The notes below the pieces were generated by a model. That model was not told the DNA's origin, searched no databases, and saw only the letters and a program-made list of their open reading frames with translations. DNA of 64,000 nucleotides from a virus (taxonomy: Duplodnaviria; Caudoviricetes). The stretch covers positions 64,001 to 128,000 of IMG/VR virus record IMGVR_UViG_3300021400_000034; one strand, given 5' to 3'. Of this stretch, positions 8,812 through 20,100 are shown in pieces (positions within the stretch are counted from its first letter, which is position 1; every line of letters begins with the position of its first letter). A program made the translations under genes and the position numbers.

Positions 8812-11800
8812 ATGGCTAGAAAGATACGACTAGGATACGACATTCTATCTAAGAGAGCGATCGAGACTGAGTCTGGAATAAACATCGACGAAGCGTTGAA
8901 GCGCAAGGGTCAACAGATAATCGATCTCGGAGATCAGCTAACTAATATCGAGGGAGATATCGTAAACGTCTTGTCTAACTTCGAAGGGATCTATCTAGAT
9001 CCGGAACTCGGAGATGACGATAATGACGGCCTGACGAAGAACACTGCAGTCAAGACGATCTCTGGAGCAATTGAGGCATTCAAGAACGCTAGAGAGACTA
9101 ATCCTAATCTGAGAAGACTAAAAGTATTTGTAACGACAGACTATCAAGGAACTCCGCTACAGGCACCTTTGAATGAAGAGATGGCGTCTATTGCTGGATA
9201 TAGCGATGGACTATATCTGTACGGAAAGGGAATAAGACTAGATAATAATGTTACAGCAGAACCTGCCATCATTCAGTACCATGTCAAGATCGTAGCAGAG
9301 AATGTAGGACTATTCATTACTAGATCGAACGATATTTCAGATTTTGATCTCAATGTCGAATGCGTAAATTTTGAAGGGTATTGCTGGAATAAGGGATCAA
9401 TCAAGATAGATGCAGCTAAGTACATTCAGATATCGACTAATTCTGGAGCTGAGCTTGGTGGTAAACTGCCATCACTAAAGCTGAACTGCGAAGGAACTAT
9501 AGACCTATATGGTTCTGCTTACTATTCATCTGTCGACATCTGCTGTAAAGGAGATATACGAAGCTATCAGAGTATCACTTCGACTGGCAATGTGAAGATT
9601 AGATCCTTAGAAGGATCACTAATATGCAATTACCCTATATTTGCATACGATCCGACAACTACTCCAACTACTTATTACGATGTAGAGATAGATGTCTGCT
9701 ATGGTGTAAGACAGACAACTTCGCTCTACTGCAAAGATCTCACAATAAACGCCGGAAAAGAGATCTCAAGGAATCCTTCAGACAACGATGTCAACATCGC
9801 TGGAAGCAACTACATCTACGGAAATGCAAAGATCAAGTGCACTAACTTCGTTCCTGGTGGCGGCGCTCATCAGTACTATGGAGATGTATATGTCGAAGCC
9901 GATATGATAAACCTAAGCAACGCTGGTGGATTCTATCTGCACAAGAAGGCCGAGTTCATATCGAACAGCTACTTTGAAGGATCCTCTGGAACAATGTACG
10001 TGAATAATCTCTATGTCAAGGCGACTGGAAATGAGCCTATCTGCGCCAATAGCGTGAAGAGATACAGCACGATGTATTCATTGTACCCATATCGAGAGAA
10101 CGGAGAAGTCACAGACAAGAACTCTTCTTATGTATTCGATATGGGTAATTCCGACTTCAAGTTCATGTATTCCACAATTCAGAACTACTTCGCTGACGTC
10201 AAGATAATCTCAGACGGAAAAGTAGAGATAGGTACTGGAAGCAGTGAATCTTGGATGAAGAAGATTTCGATAAAGGCTAAGGAACTTAAACTTGGCGCAG
10301 TGCTTCATACTGGATTTTTCGATATAGATGTAGACGGCATGATAGAGCAGATAAATCCTGGTTGCTACATCGTTATGGAGAAACAGTCTTCTAGCTCTAC
10401 AGACGAGATCAGCTATGATCTTCAGAGCAACAACTTCCTGAAGTGTGGATCTCTATACTGCTCTCTTTACTACACTTCTGACGGTTGTGGCTTAATTCAG
10501 CCATACTACGGAGATTCACACAAGAACATCGACATTCAAGTCGGAATGATATTGTCTCCGTATTACAATGGATCCGGTTGTCATACGCCTTTCGTTCTCG
10601 GTACTTGCAGAAGCGGATCTCATACATTCAATTCTACTATCTCTGGCCATGTCGGAGGATATGTCGGATATAGCTCTTCGATGAAAGTTAGCACATGGAA
10701 CCATGACGTCAGATATATTCCTTCATCATACGGTTCTACGATAGTTGACGGAGATCCTTATTCTAGCAATAACACTGGCGGAGTCATAACACTGAAATTT
10801 GACGATGTCCATGAGACAAATCACTTCTGGTTTGACCCAGACCAAGGCGATGACACTCTTGACGGCTGCACGAGACAGACGGCTGTTAAGACAGTGACTG
10901 CGCTTGTAAACGTGATGATGAGGAAGACAAACGGAACATATTATTCTTCCGACAACTACTTCTACATATCGCAGCCAGTATCTATACACATACTGTCAGT
11001 TCAGTCAGGCAGTCATTACAACTGTAGGTACTTCAGTGGAGCTGACGACGCATACAGCCTTTCGGACTTCATGTACAATGGCGGAAATTTGATCGGATTG
11101 AATTTCGATAGAGTAGATGGTCATAGTGGGTGCAGAGTCTCGTTTGGTATGCTTGAGTTCATTCCGGAAGCGCCTGACATGTCGCTATACGCGAAGGCTT
11201 TCAATGCAAGCGTCCTAATCGCTAAGGGATTCTACAATGTAGGTCTATGCGGATATGGAAGCGGCGGCATAAACTACATAGAAGCTAGCGGATCTGTCGG
11301 CATAAACAACTCACAGTATTATGGAGGTTATTCATACTACTCAAATAGACTCGGTCCGATCAGCATCAAAGCCAGAGACATAGTTCTATACGGCTGGTTC
11401 AACTCCTTGACGGCCAAGGCAGAAAATCGAGTAGTTATCTATGACTCTTATGGCGGCTCGAGTGAAAGCGATGGTAACTGCTGTCTAAGCGGTATAACTA
11501 CAATAGAAGGTGCAGCGATAGATCTAGGAGTAGGGTTCGGTTATTATTCCGGAAACGATTACTATGAGACACTTTATAAGATAGGAATCAATGGCATTGC
11601 TTATATAAAGTCTACAGGTTCTATTAACTGTTATGTTGACTCCTTCTATGATGCAGTGGCCTACATAGAAGCTGCTGACAACATTTCTGGTGGACTCGGA
11701 GATGGATTCTTTAGAGGTAGACTGCATATTCAGTGCAATAACTGCTATCTAGGATACGGAACTGCTTATGGAAGTTCGTATTACAGTTTCAGTACTTATA

Positions 11801-13386
11801 TCGCTGCTGATAGGGGCGGTGCTGGAATAATCGATATTCGAGCCAGAGAGCAGATTACTGCCTCTGGCTGGGGAACAAATGGTGGTAACGAAAACTACTT
11901 ATATGGCGTCAACCTATATCTTACTGCTCCTCTAGTAGCTGGATCTACCTCACTATACATATATGGAAATAACGGAAGCGGAAAGATTCTCATTGATGCT
12001 GATGAGCTATATATGGGAATCAAGCCTTACTACTACAACTACATATTCATCAAGTCGCAGCACTACGCTTCTCCGTTCAGATTATACAGTGGAGGTCCTT
12101 GGACTGATTCAGGCAACAATACTACTTTCATCAATCTAGACATCGGAAAGATGCGTAGCAGTATAGAGATTCCGAGAAGTATAGACGCTAGCAACACTAG
12201 GACTTATGAAATTACTGGCCGAATAGGCTTGATAAATGCTAAAGTGCTCAGCTGGTGGGACACTTCAGTAGACCCAGAAAATCCTCCAACACTAAGTAGG
12301 GTAGCTTACAAGTTCTCTATCGTTGTCGCACACTCGACGATCGAAGGACATGGAGTGGATAAGACCGGATGGATTCCTGATGACTCTGGAACAGTCATAG
12401 TACTGAACGACAACAAGCAGCTAGTCGCTGGTAAGGGAATCACTATCTCCGACACTGGAGATCAGATTGTTATCGCTGCTAAGAATACGGGTTCAACCGA
12501 GATGGTCGAGATCCCAGTCATCTTGGATTCGATGGATCCTACGCAGTGCAGCGCTAGCTTGGTTCTCAATAAGTACAACGTCATCACTGGCTTGGATGAC
12601 AGCATCACGGATATGAGCATCTTGGTTCCTGAACCTGCGTCTCATAGTCTCCGCGAAGTCGGATTCGAGTTCACTCCAGAGAGCGGAACTTGCCTATCAG
12701 GCGTGAACTTCTACTCTGAGAACGGAAGTCCTTTCTATGACATCTCTCCGGAGGAATACTTCTACGGATGTGTCTATCAGGGCGCTGTCATCAACCGCTG
12801 TGTCACTCTCGTCGAGTATGGCGATCCAGTTGAGCCTGATCCGCAAGGATTGGTTATTGACGGCAGGACTTACAGGACTGTGACCATGCCTGACGGTAAT
12901 GAGTGGATGGCTGAAAACCTGGCTGCGTCCAGTTTCGGCGGCGTATGCTACAACAACGGTACTGACGACAGTTACGGTCTATATTATTCCATCGAGGAAG
13001 TCGCAAACATATCAGTACCGGGATGGCACGTAGCTACACTTGACGAATGGAATGGCCTAGCAGAAAGTGTCAACTCTGATTACGCAAAACTGGCAAGTAC
13101 TGACGAATGGGGATTTCCAGACACGGGTGTAACTATACACGGTACTGACGACTACGGATTTACTTTATGCCCGTATGGATGTGGGTATAGCAATACGGAT
13201 CAGTCGCTTATGTGGGATCCCATTGGGTCGTTCGGAGTAATGTGGTTATCTAACGGAGACAAAATAGGTGCCGTTGGGATATTTGTAAATCCGGAAACTT
13301 CAGAATTTGCCGATTCAACGCAGACAGAAACTCCTAGTGGAGAGGTATATCTGCAGAACGTACGACTTGTCAAGGACAAGCAATAA
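8812..13386 (+). CDS. large tail spike/adhesin: two beta-helix-like modules plus C-terminal Fibrobacter-major (FISUMP)-like domain
   Basis: Two [YW]xDPxxGDDxxDGxTxxTAVKT motifs; G/S/Y/N-rich beta repeats; C-terminal DGRTYRTV...WMAENL...GWHV...VRLVKD. Confidence 0.75.
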   Translation: MARKIRLGYDILSKRAIETESGINIDEALKRKGQQIIDLGDQLTNIEGDIVNVLSNFEGIYLDPELGDDDNDGLTKNTAVKTISGAIEAFKNARETNPNLRRLKVFVTTDYQGTPLQAPLNEEMASIAGYSDGLYLYGKGIRLDNNVTAEPAIIQYHVKIVAENVGLFITRSNDISDFDLNVECVNFEGYCWNKGSIKIDAAKYIQISTNSGAELGGKLPSLKLNCEGTIDLYGSAYYSSVDICCKGDIRSYQSITSTGNVKIRSLEGSLICNYPIFAYDPTTTPTTYYDVEIDVCYGVRQTTSLYCKDLTINAGKEISRNPSDNDVNIAGSNYIYGNAKIKCTNFVPGGGAHQYYGDVYVEADMINLSNAGGFYLHKKAEFISNSYFEGSSGTMYVNNLYVKATGNEPICANSVKRYSTMYSLYPYRENGEVTDKNSSYVFDMGNSDFKFMYSTIQNYFADVKIISDGKVEIGTGSSESWMKKISIKAKELKLGAVLHTGFFDIDVDGMIEQINPGCYIVMEKQSSSSTDEISYDLQSNNFLKCGSLYCSLYYTSDGCGLIQPYYGDSHKNIDIQVGMILSPYYNGSGCHTPFVLGTCRSGSHTFNSTISGHVGGYVGYSSSMKVSTWNHDVRYIPSSYGSTIVDGDPYSSNNTGGVITLKFDDVHETNHFWFDPDQGDDTLDGCTRQTAVKTVTALVNVMMRKTNGTYYSSDNYFYISQPVSIHILSVQSGSHYNCRYFSGADDAYSLSDFMYNGGNLIGLNFDRVDGHSGCRVSFGMLEFIPEAPDMSLYAKAFNASVLIAKGFYNVGLCGYGSGGINYIEASGSVGINNSQYYGGYSYYSNRLGPISIKARDIVLYGWFNSLTAKAENRVVIYDSYGGSSESDGNCCLSGITTIEGAAIDLGVGFGYYSGNDYYETLYKIGINGIAYIKSTGSINCYVDSFYDAVAYIEAADNISGGLGDGFFRGRLHIQCNNCYLGYGTAYGSSYYSFSTYIAADRGGAGIIDIRAREQITASGWGTNGGNENYLYGVNLYLTAPLVAGSTSLYIYGNNGSGKILIDADELYMGIKPYYYNYIFIKSQHYASPFRLYSGGPWTDSGNNTTFINLDIGKMRSSIEIPRSIDASNTRTYEITGRIGLINAKVLSWWDTSVDPENPPTLSRVAYKFSIVVAHSTIEGHGVDKTGWIPDDSGTVIVLNDNKQLVAGKGITISDTGDQIVIAAKNTGSTEMVEIPVILDSMDPTQCSASLVLNKYNVITGLDDSITDMSILVPEPASHSLREVGFEFTPESGTCLSGVNFYSENGSPFYDISPEEYFYGCVYQGAVINRCVTLVEYGDPVEPDPQGLVIDGRTYRTVTMPDGNEWMAENLAASSFGGVCYNNGTDDSYGLYYSIEEVANISVPGWHVATLDEWNGLAESVNSDYAKLASTDEWGFPDTGVTIHGTDDYGFTLCPYGCGYSNTDQSLMWDPIGSFGVMWLSNGDKIGAVGIFVNPETSEFADSTQTETPSGEVYLQNVRLVKDKQ

Positions 13387-13394
13387 ATTTAAAA

Positions 13395-13808
13395 ATGGAG
13401 AAACTCATGAACAACGAAGAATTCAAGAACAAAGTTAGAACGATTCTCGGAGAAGCTAGAATCCTGATCGCAGAAGACGAGTCAGTATTCTCGACAGCGA
13501 AGATCATTCAGAACGAGGCTGATGATTCTCTGATGCTAGTAACACCTGATCGATCAGCGTGGATCTGGCTGGGAACTATGATGCCAGATTCGGAATTCAC
13601 ATCAGAGATAAAGAGATTTATCGAAGTCTTCAGAGACTATGTTCAGAATAGTGTGAAGACCTCTGTCGAGATCAATCCTAACGTCTCTGTCAAGGAATAT
13701 CTCGAGAGTCTAGCGAAGATGTTCGGCGGCAAGGCTCCTACGATGAAGATCGGAACGGCTAAGCTTTCTGATCTCGTAAACGAAGCTATGACTCCAGCCA
13801 ACGGGTAA
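13395..13808 (+). CDS. hypothetical protein (possible head-packaged protein)
   Basis: 137 aa ORF; ILGEARILIAE and VKEYLE motifs. Confidence 0.65.
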   Translation: MEKLMNNEEFKNKVRTILGEARILIAEDESVFSTAKIIQNEADDSLMLVTPDRSAWIWLGTMMPDSEFTSEIKRFIEVFRDYVQNSVKTSVEINPNVSVKEYLESLAKMFGGKAPTMKIGTAKLSDLVNEAMTPANG

Positions 13809-13848
13809 TATGTGATGATGAAGGTAACTGAATAGTCTAGGAGACAGC

Positions 13849-14123
13849 ATGGCACTGATCAAGCGCTTAGATTCATTCGTAACTTTTGGCAATTCTCTGG
13901 TTCAATACTCTGGAGCTATCGTTCCTCCTGAACCTCCGGAGGAAAACTATTACCAGCTGACCAACAGAAGCTCAAGCCAGGCTACACTCACAATAACGTC
14001 AGGCACAAAGGGCTCAACAATACCATAAACCATAGCTCGACATTTTATAAGTGCGGAATCAACACAGAAAGTGGTGCTGCGGAACTTGCACAAATACTAG
14101 ATGACTGGAAACGTGCATATTAA
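13849..14123 (+). pseudogene. relic of LRR adhesin gene (N- and C-termini joined out of frame)
   Basis: AGGAG RBS; 13849-14028 VPPEPPEENYYQLTNRS resembles 14141 protein; -1 frame 14019-14123 HSSTFYKCG...ELAQILDDWK resembles the LRR-module cap of neighbours. Confidence 0.7.
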
Positions 14124-14140
14124 ACGAGAGTAAATAATAT

Positions 14141-17122
14141 ATGGGACACTTTATCCATCTATTACATACATTACAAGGAACGCTTGGCGATAACTTACCC
14201 GATGGTATGCTTCTGGTAGACGACCATGAACGGTTTGTAGTAAATTCTGACAAGGAGTTCATCGAAGTTGTAAACATTAAGCCGCCGATTCCAGTTCCGC
14301 CGTCGAATAACTATTTTATGTTCACTAACCGAGGCACTACTCCCATTACGGTGACATTTGCCACGTCTGACACAATCGGTGGCGAGGTATATATAGACGA
14401 CGTATTTGTCGGTAATACTGGAAGCTCATATAATTTTCCTCCTGGCAGTACCGCGAAAGTTACTAGACTACGTTCATTAGACGACAGCTCGCGTGGTGTC
14501 GTACAATGTAGCGATCCATCAGCGAACATATCTATCGACAGGTGGGATGAATCGCTTGGTAGTGTTATGTATAATAATGAATACCTGTTCAGTGGACAGA
14601 GCGGTATTAGAAGTATTAAGACATGGGCTGGTGCTGAGCGTTATACAGAGTTGACTTATCTGTTTTACGAATCTGACTTAGAAACTGTAGAAACATGGGA
14701 TGGCTTAGATAGCCTAGTAAGCATGTACGCTGCTTTTTACTCGGCATCCAATTTATCCAGTATTCCTGCAAGTTGGAGAGGCCTTGAATCCGTACAAACG
14801 TTCGACTGTGCATTTGAATATTGCTATAATTTATCCTCTATTCCAAATACATGGGAAGGACTTGATTCAGTCACGTCATTATATGAAGCATTTTATTATT
14901 GTACTAGCATAACAGCTATCCCGGAATCATGGAGAGGACTTGAGTCTGTTACGTCATTATATGAAGCATTTTACAACTGCGAAAATATAGCTACCGGAGG
15001 CAACGAAGATTTTGATTCGCTCGCCAATGTAACTGACTCGTATTATGCTTTTAGATATTGCTCTAAATGGACAGGAAACGGATATGGGTTGTATGAATAT
15101 CTGAGCACCAAACCGATTACGGTATCATCTCATTCATACACGTTTGGTAATTGCACTAATGTAATAGACTATGAATATATTCCTACCGACTGGGGAGGAT
15201 TGGGTCACGAAATTAGCGCATTTGAACTTAAAAATACTGGTTCCGAAACTGTACCGCTTGTCATCAATTCTGGTACAGAAGCTAAAGTAAAGGTAGGCAC
15301 TACAATATATACCGCAAGTCCCAATACTCCGCTTTCATGTACGGTAAATGCAGGAGAAACAGTCAAGATAAATGGGCTGACTAAAAACTCTCTCGGTACA
15401 GTAGCAATCAGATCCACTGGCTCAATAAATAGCAATCGAGCATTGACACTTGTTAAATGCGATTCCAAACTGCCTAACCTGGACAGTATATTCAGCAATT
15501 CGTCATTTACGGTTAATTCCGGCGAAGAAACCTACATCAGGTATATTGGCGACTTGGCCGGTTCAGAAAACTACAATAATCTAAACTACGCGTTCTATAA
15601 CCATAACGGCCTGACTGGATTCTATCAGTATTTCAAGTGCAAAGCAATAACATCTATGGACTACGCGTTCATGAATACGTCGATTACCGGATTTCCTCCA
15701 TACTTGTACGGACTTACATCGCTACGGTCATGTCGCTATACGTTCGCGGGATCTAAACTGACATCAGGTAGCAGATACCTGTATGACTTTAGCAAAGTAG
15801 TAGAACATATCGACGGCATGTTCGCCAACTGCAGATTGATGACAACGCCATACCTGCTGTATACATATTTCCAAGAAAATTTACGTAACGGAAAGATACT
15901 TACGTACCAGAACGCGTTCCTAAACTGCGGTCTCGACGCTGGTACCACTGCCGTACAGGCATATTCATACGTACCGGATATATTCGGAGGCGGCAGGCCG
16001 TATAACCATGTCGTTATCGACGGAATCATGTACGGCACGGTCGAAATCGCTGGACGTACGTGGCTATTGGAACGTCTTAATGCTGGTACGCAAGAATGGC
16101 TGCCTGGCAAGAAAACGGATTCTTTATATACAATACAGCTAGGCAACGACGGATACGTAAAATGGAAATCGTATCTCTATGAATATGCGTTGAAGTACGG
16201 CGATATATACGGGTGGCATATACCGTCAGTCGAAGAGGCTGAAAGCCTGTTAGCCCTAGCATCGACGGACCCGAAGAAGTTGAGGACACCGGCCATAAGC
16301 GGTATGGCCTCTTGGTGGAACGGTTCGACTACATATTACGGTACCGACGATTTCAAAATGACTATCGATCCCGACGTATCGTCAGGGTATTCCTACGGCA
16401 AGACCGCTAACTTCTGGCTGAAATACCAGGAATACAAGCCTGCCGAACATCTGACACCTGAACGGTATACTCACAAGCTTCTATCTATCAACGGCGAAAC
16501 TAATACAAATAGCATAGCGTCGGAAGACCAACGGATATATCCTGATGACTTCGCTTATGCTCGTACGTATTATTATCATCCGCTACGACTAGTTAGGGAT
16601 TTCGTACCAAAGACAGACCCAGTCACATTCTACGGCACCGTCTACGAGACGAAGGTACTTAATGGCAACCTTCGAGTCATGGCCGAGAACCTCGCGTATG
16701 ACGACGGCGGAGACGGAATTACAGTTAAGACAATAAACGGAATTCCGGTCTATTTCTATACACAAGCTGCTGCGATTCGCATAGCGAACAGTATCGGCGA
16801 CGGATGGAGACTGCCGAACCAGTCAGAATTGAATACTGCTCTCAGTAATGCTGGATATGATATTGAGGGAGTAAAGGGAGACAAGGTTTGGGAAACGCCG
16901 GGTACAAACGCGTGCGGACTGAATATATATCCGGTAGGGTATCTTTCGGGATCAAGTTGGTACAATCAAACGGACGGAGCTTTTTACTGGTGTAATGGCA
17001 GCTACAGTTCCATACAGTCAGGCCAAGTAGGATATTGCTTCACGGTATACAATAACCAATTCATAGGAAATACTGGTTCGGTCACTTACCAATACTGCGT
17101 ACGATTGGTAAAATCCGTATAA
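14141..17122 (+). CDS. adhesin/receptor-binding protein: BspA/DUF285-like LRRs plus two FISUMP-like domains
   Basis: 26-aa repeats IPxSWxGLxSVTSLYEAFYxC; two domains ending PLRLVRD and CVRLVKS, with MAENL and GW[HR][IL]P motifs. Confidence 0.75.
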   Translation: MGHFIHLLHTLQGTLGDNLPDGMLLVDDHERFVVNSDKEFIEVVNIKPPIPVPPSNNYFMFTNRGTTPITVTFATSDTIGGEVYIDDVFVGNTGSSYNFPPGSTAKVTRLRSLDDSSRGVVQCSDPSANISIDRWDESLGSVMYNNEYLFSGQSGIRSIKTWAGAERYTELTYLFYESDLETVETWDGLDSLVSMYAAFYSASNLSSIPASWRGLESVQTFDCAFEYCYNLSSIPNTWEGLDSVTSLYEAFYYCTSITAIPESWRGLESVTSLYEAFYNCENIATGGNEDFDSLANVTDSYYAFRYCSKWTGNGYGLYEYLSTKPITVSSHSYTFGNCTNVIDYEYIPTDWGGLGHEISAFELKNTGSETVPLVINSGTEAKVKVGTTIYTASPNTPLSCTVNAGETVKINGLTKNSLGTVAIRSTGSINSNRALTLVKCDSKLPNLDSIFSNSSFTVNSGEETYIRYIGDLAGSENYNNLNYAFYNHNGLTGFYQYFKCKAITSMDYAFMNTSITGFPPYLYGLTSLRSCRYTFAGSKLTSGSRYLYDFSKVVEHIDGMFANCRLMTTPYLLYTYFQENLRNGKILTYQNAFLNCGLDAGTTAVQAYSYVPDIFGGGRPYNHVVIDGIMYGTVEIAGRTWLLERLNAGTQEWLPGKKTDSLYTIQLGNDGYVKWKSYLYEYALKYGDIYGWHIPSVEEAESLLALASTDPKKLRTPAISGMASWWNGSTTYYGTDDFKMTIDPDVSSGYSYGKTANFWLKYQEYKPAEHLTPERYTHKLLSINGETNTNSIASEDQRIYPDDFAYARTYYYHPLRLVRDFVPKTDPVTFYGTVYETKVLNGNLRVMAENLAYDDGGDGITVKTINGIPVYFYTQAAAIRIANSIGDGWRLPNQSELNTALSNAGYDIEGVKGDKVWETPGTNACGLNIYPVGYLSGSSWYNQTDGAFYWCNGSYSSIQSGQVGYCFTVYNNQFIGNTGSVTYQYCVRLVKSV
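14873..14973 (+). repeat. 23-bp exact direct repeat within LRR array
   Basis: ACGTCATTATATGAAGCATTTTA at 14873 and 14951 (78-nt period). Confidence 0.8.
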
Positions 17123-17147
17123 TAAATATATATAACGCGAGGATGCA

Positions 17148-20100
17148 ATGGCACGGAAAAAGATAATTAAAACGAGGATCTATCAGGAGCCAAACTACAC
17201 GGAGAAGACTGGCTATGTATTAGCTGACGCCGGCGCTAACAAGCCTACAGGTAAGCTTACATTTGAAGAGCTCGGAAAGCTTCTCGGCAGTAACCCGCTG
17301 ATCATCATATTTATGCCTGACGGATCGGGTAGCTATACCATGTACAGGCAGACTACGTTTGACATGAATGTTCAGCCTCAGATGGAACCTATAGACTTTG
17401 CTTGGTTGTATCAGAACGTATATAAAGTGATGGTATGTGCTGCAATTATCTACGGTGGAACTGCTGAACATAACGGAAACCCTACATTCTTCTTCTCTGG
17501 AATGTATACTGATACTCAGACAAATCTACCGATCCTGGAATTCACTCGATTCGATACGACAGAAGATGATGTAGTAACTGAGCACAGCATACTCGTTTCT
17601 ACGGATGCTCCATATCCATTCACGGGCGGAAACACTATAATAACTGACAGATACGTAAATATATCATCTGGCGATAACATATTCATATTTGACGCAAGCG
17701 ATCAGAGTAGTGGAGAAGTTACATCCAGTACTACTTATGCAGAAGTAAAAGCTGCATGGGATGCTAATAAGACGATTCTAATGCGTCTCCAGACGACTTA
17801 TGGAGACCATCAGATATGGCCGCTAATAGACGTTAACTATGAAAGCGACATGTTCATATTCTACTTCCCAGGAGATGAGCAGCAGTTCGACTGGCAAAAG
17901 CCTAATTACTATCAAGTAATCAAGACTGAAATAGATAAAAACTTTATCTACTTGTGGAAAGGTACATCAGGAAATACCGACAGATATCAGAAATGCAATC
18001 TTAGACTGAACAATCTCAACAACTATGTACCTAAAGAGACTGGAAAAGGACTATCGACGAACGACTACACGAACGCTGACAAGTCTACAGTCACGCTAGC
18101 GGCTGCGGCTATTCCGTCTTCTGCGTCAAGCTCTAACATGCTGACGACGGTGACAGACGTCGAGATCATCGCTGGAAGAACTGGCGGGTACAAGAAAGTC
18201 GATAAGAACCAGGAAGGATATCCGGATGTTCAGAATCCGAGCAACAAGCTGATCTACTTGACTGATAACGACACACAGAGCGGATCTAACTTCTATGACG
18301 AGTGGCTCTATGACTCTGCTGCGCTGACGCACTGGGAGCTAATCGGAAGCACCCAGATGGATCTGACAGGCTATGCTACTGAGGATTGGGTCAATCAGCA
18401 AGGATTCGTTGAATCTGGCGATCTAGCCGACTACGCTAAGGTAGCAGATCTTCAGAACCTGTCTGATGTCGTGGACAGTCACGCTGACGCTATCGAAGCT
18501 GTCGAGCTTGACGTCTCTGAGGTCTCTGCCGCTGTCGATGAGATAAACTCTCATCTCGGAGACTATGCGACTGAGAGCTGGACAGCCGAAGAGATCGAGA
18601 GAGCTACGTCTGGCAAGATGGACGCATCAGACTCTTCAGCGTTCTATCCGATGGGATCTAACCCGAGCGGTTATCTGACTCAGCATCAAGATCTAAGCGA
18701 ATACGCTAAGACCGCCGACATGAATCAGGCTATCTTGAGCGCAACGTCTGGAAAGATGGACGATAGCCGAGCTTCTGAGTTCTATCCGTCGAACAACCCG
18801 TCCGGGTTCATCGACCAGACATATCTGAACGGCTTAGCGACTGAGCAGTGGGTGAATGAGAACACTTCCGCGTTCATCACATCGTCTTATCTAGCTCCTT
18901 ATGCTAAGACAGAAGATCTTGAAGCACTGTCCGACGACTTGACAGACTTCACTGACGAGTTCACGATGAAGCTAGATGAAGTCTCTGGAGCAGTCGATCA
19001 GGTCATCGACACTATTGGAGATATATCTGCCGAGTTCGACGAGAAGCTTGAAGACAAGATGGACAAGGATGAATCTTCTGCATTCTATCCGATGGACTCT
19101 AACCCAGCTGGCTATCTAGTTGATGAAGATCTTGAAGACTACGCTACTAAGTCTTACGTCGACGATGGACTCGGAAACACGTCTGCATGGGCTAAAGCTA
19201 CTTTCGCTTCTGCGAGCCAGCTTGATGACTACTATCCTAACACTAACCCGTCCGGATTCCTGACGAACTCTGATCTCGCTGGCCTCGCTACCGAGACCTA
19301 TGTTCAGTCTCAGACATCCGGAAAGCTTGACAAGAGTTCTTCTGGCGCATTCTACCTAGCTACGAACCCAGATCACTTCGTGACTTCTGGAGAGGTGGCT
19401 ACTTTGTCTGCCAAGATCGAATCCGACATCCCTTCACTCGAAGGCTACGCTACAATCGCTTGGGTAGAAGAGCAAGGCTATCTGACTTCTGTTCCTGCCG
19501 AGTACGTGACTGACACTGAGATGGGAAATGCGATCGAGGCTGCTACGTCTGGAAAGATGGACAAGTCTACATCCGCTCAGTTCTATCCGAGAAGCACGAA
19601 CCCCGAGCACTATGTCACATCCGGTGAGCTCTCTACTCTGTCTGCAAAGATCGAGGGAGACATACCGTCAATTGAAGGACTCGCTGCTGAGACCTGGGTT
19701 CAGGCTAACTTCGCTTCCGCAAGTCAGATCAGTGACATGGCCACTCAGACGTGGGTTGATCAACAAGGGTTCTTGACAGAGGTTCCTGACACTTATGCAA
19801 CTTCTGCATGGGTTGCCGCTACTTTCGCTTCTGCTAGCCAGCTCGACGACTACTACCCAGCTAACAACCCGTCTGGGTTCTTGACAAGCGATGATGTCGC
19901 ACAGTCTGACTGGACTGAGACCGACTCAGCAGATCCTGCATACATAAAGAACAAGCCAGCAGCGCTATCTATGGCCGCTGGAGAAGGTATACAGATTGTC
20001 GAGTCCAACAACACGATCACCTTCTCCGTATCTGGAGACTACGCTGAGCGAAGCGATCTCGATGACTACTATCCGAAAACTAACCCTTCTGGATTCCTGA

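Noticed and set aside
8745-8906. N-terminal extensions in the ORF track (e.g. 8906, 595, 53281, 38335, 39613)
   Set aside because: They overlap neighbouring genes or promoters; downstream ATGs have RBS or ATGA coupling
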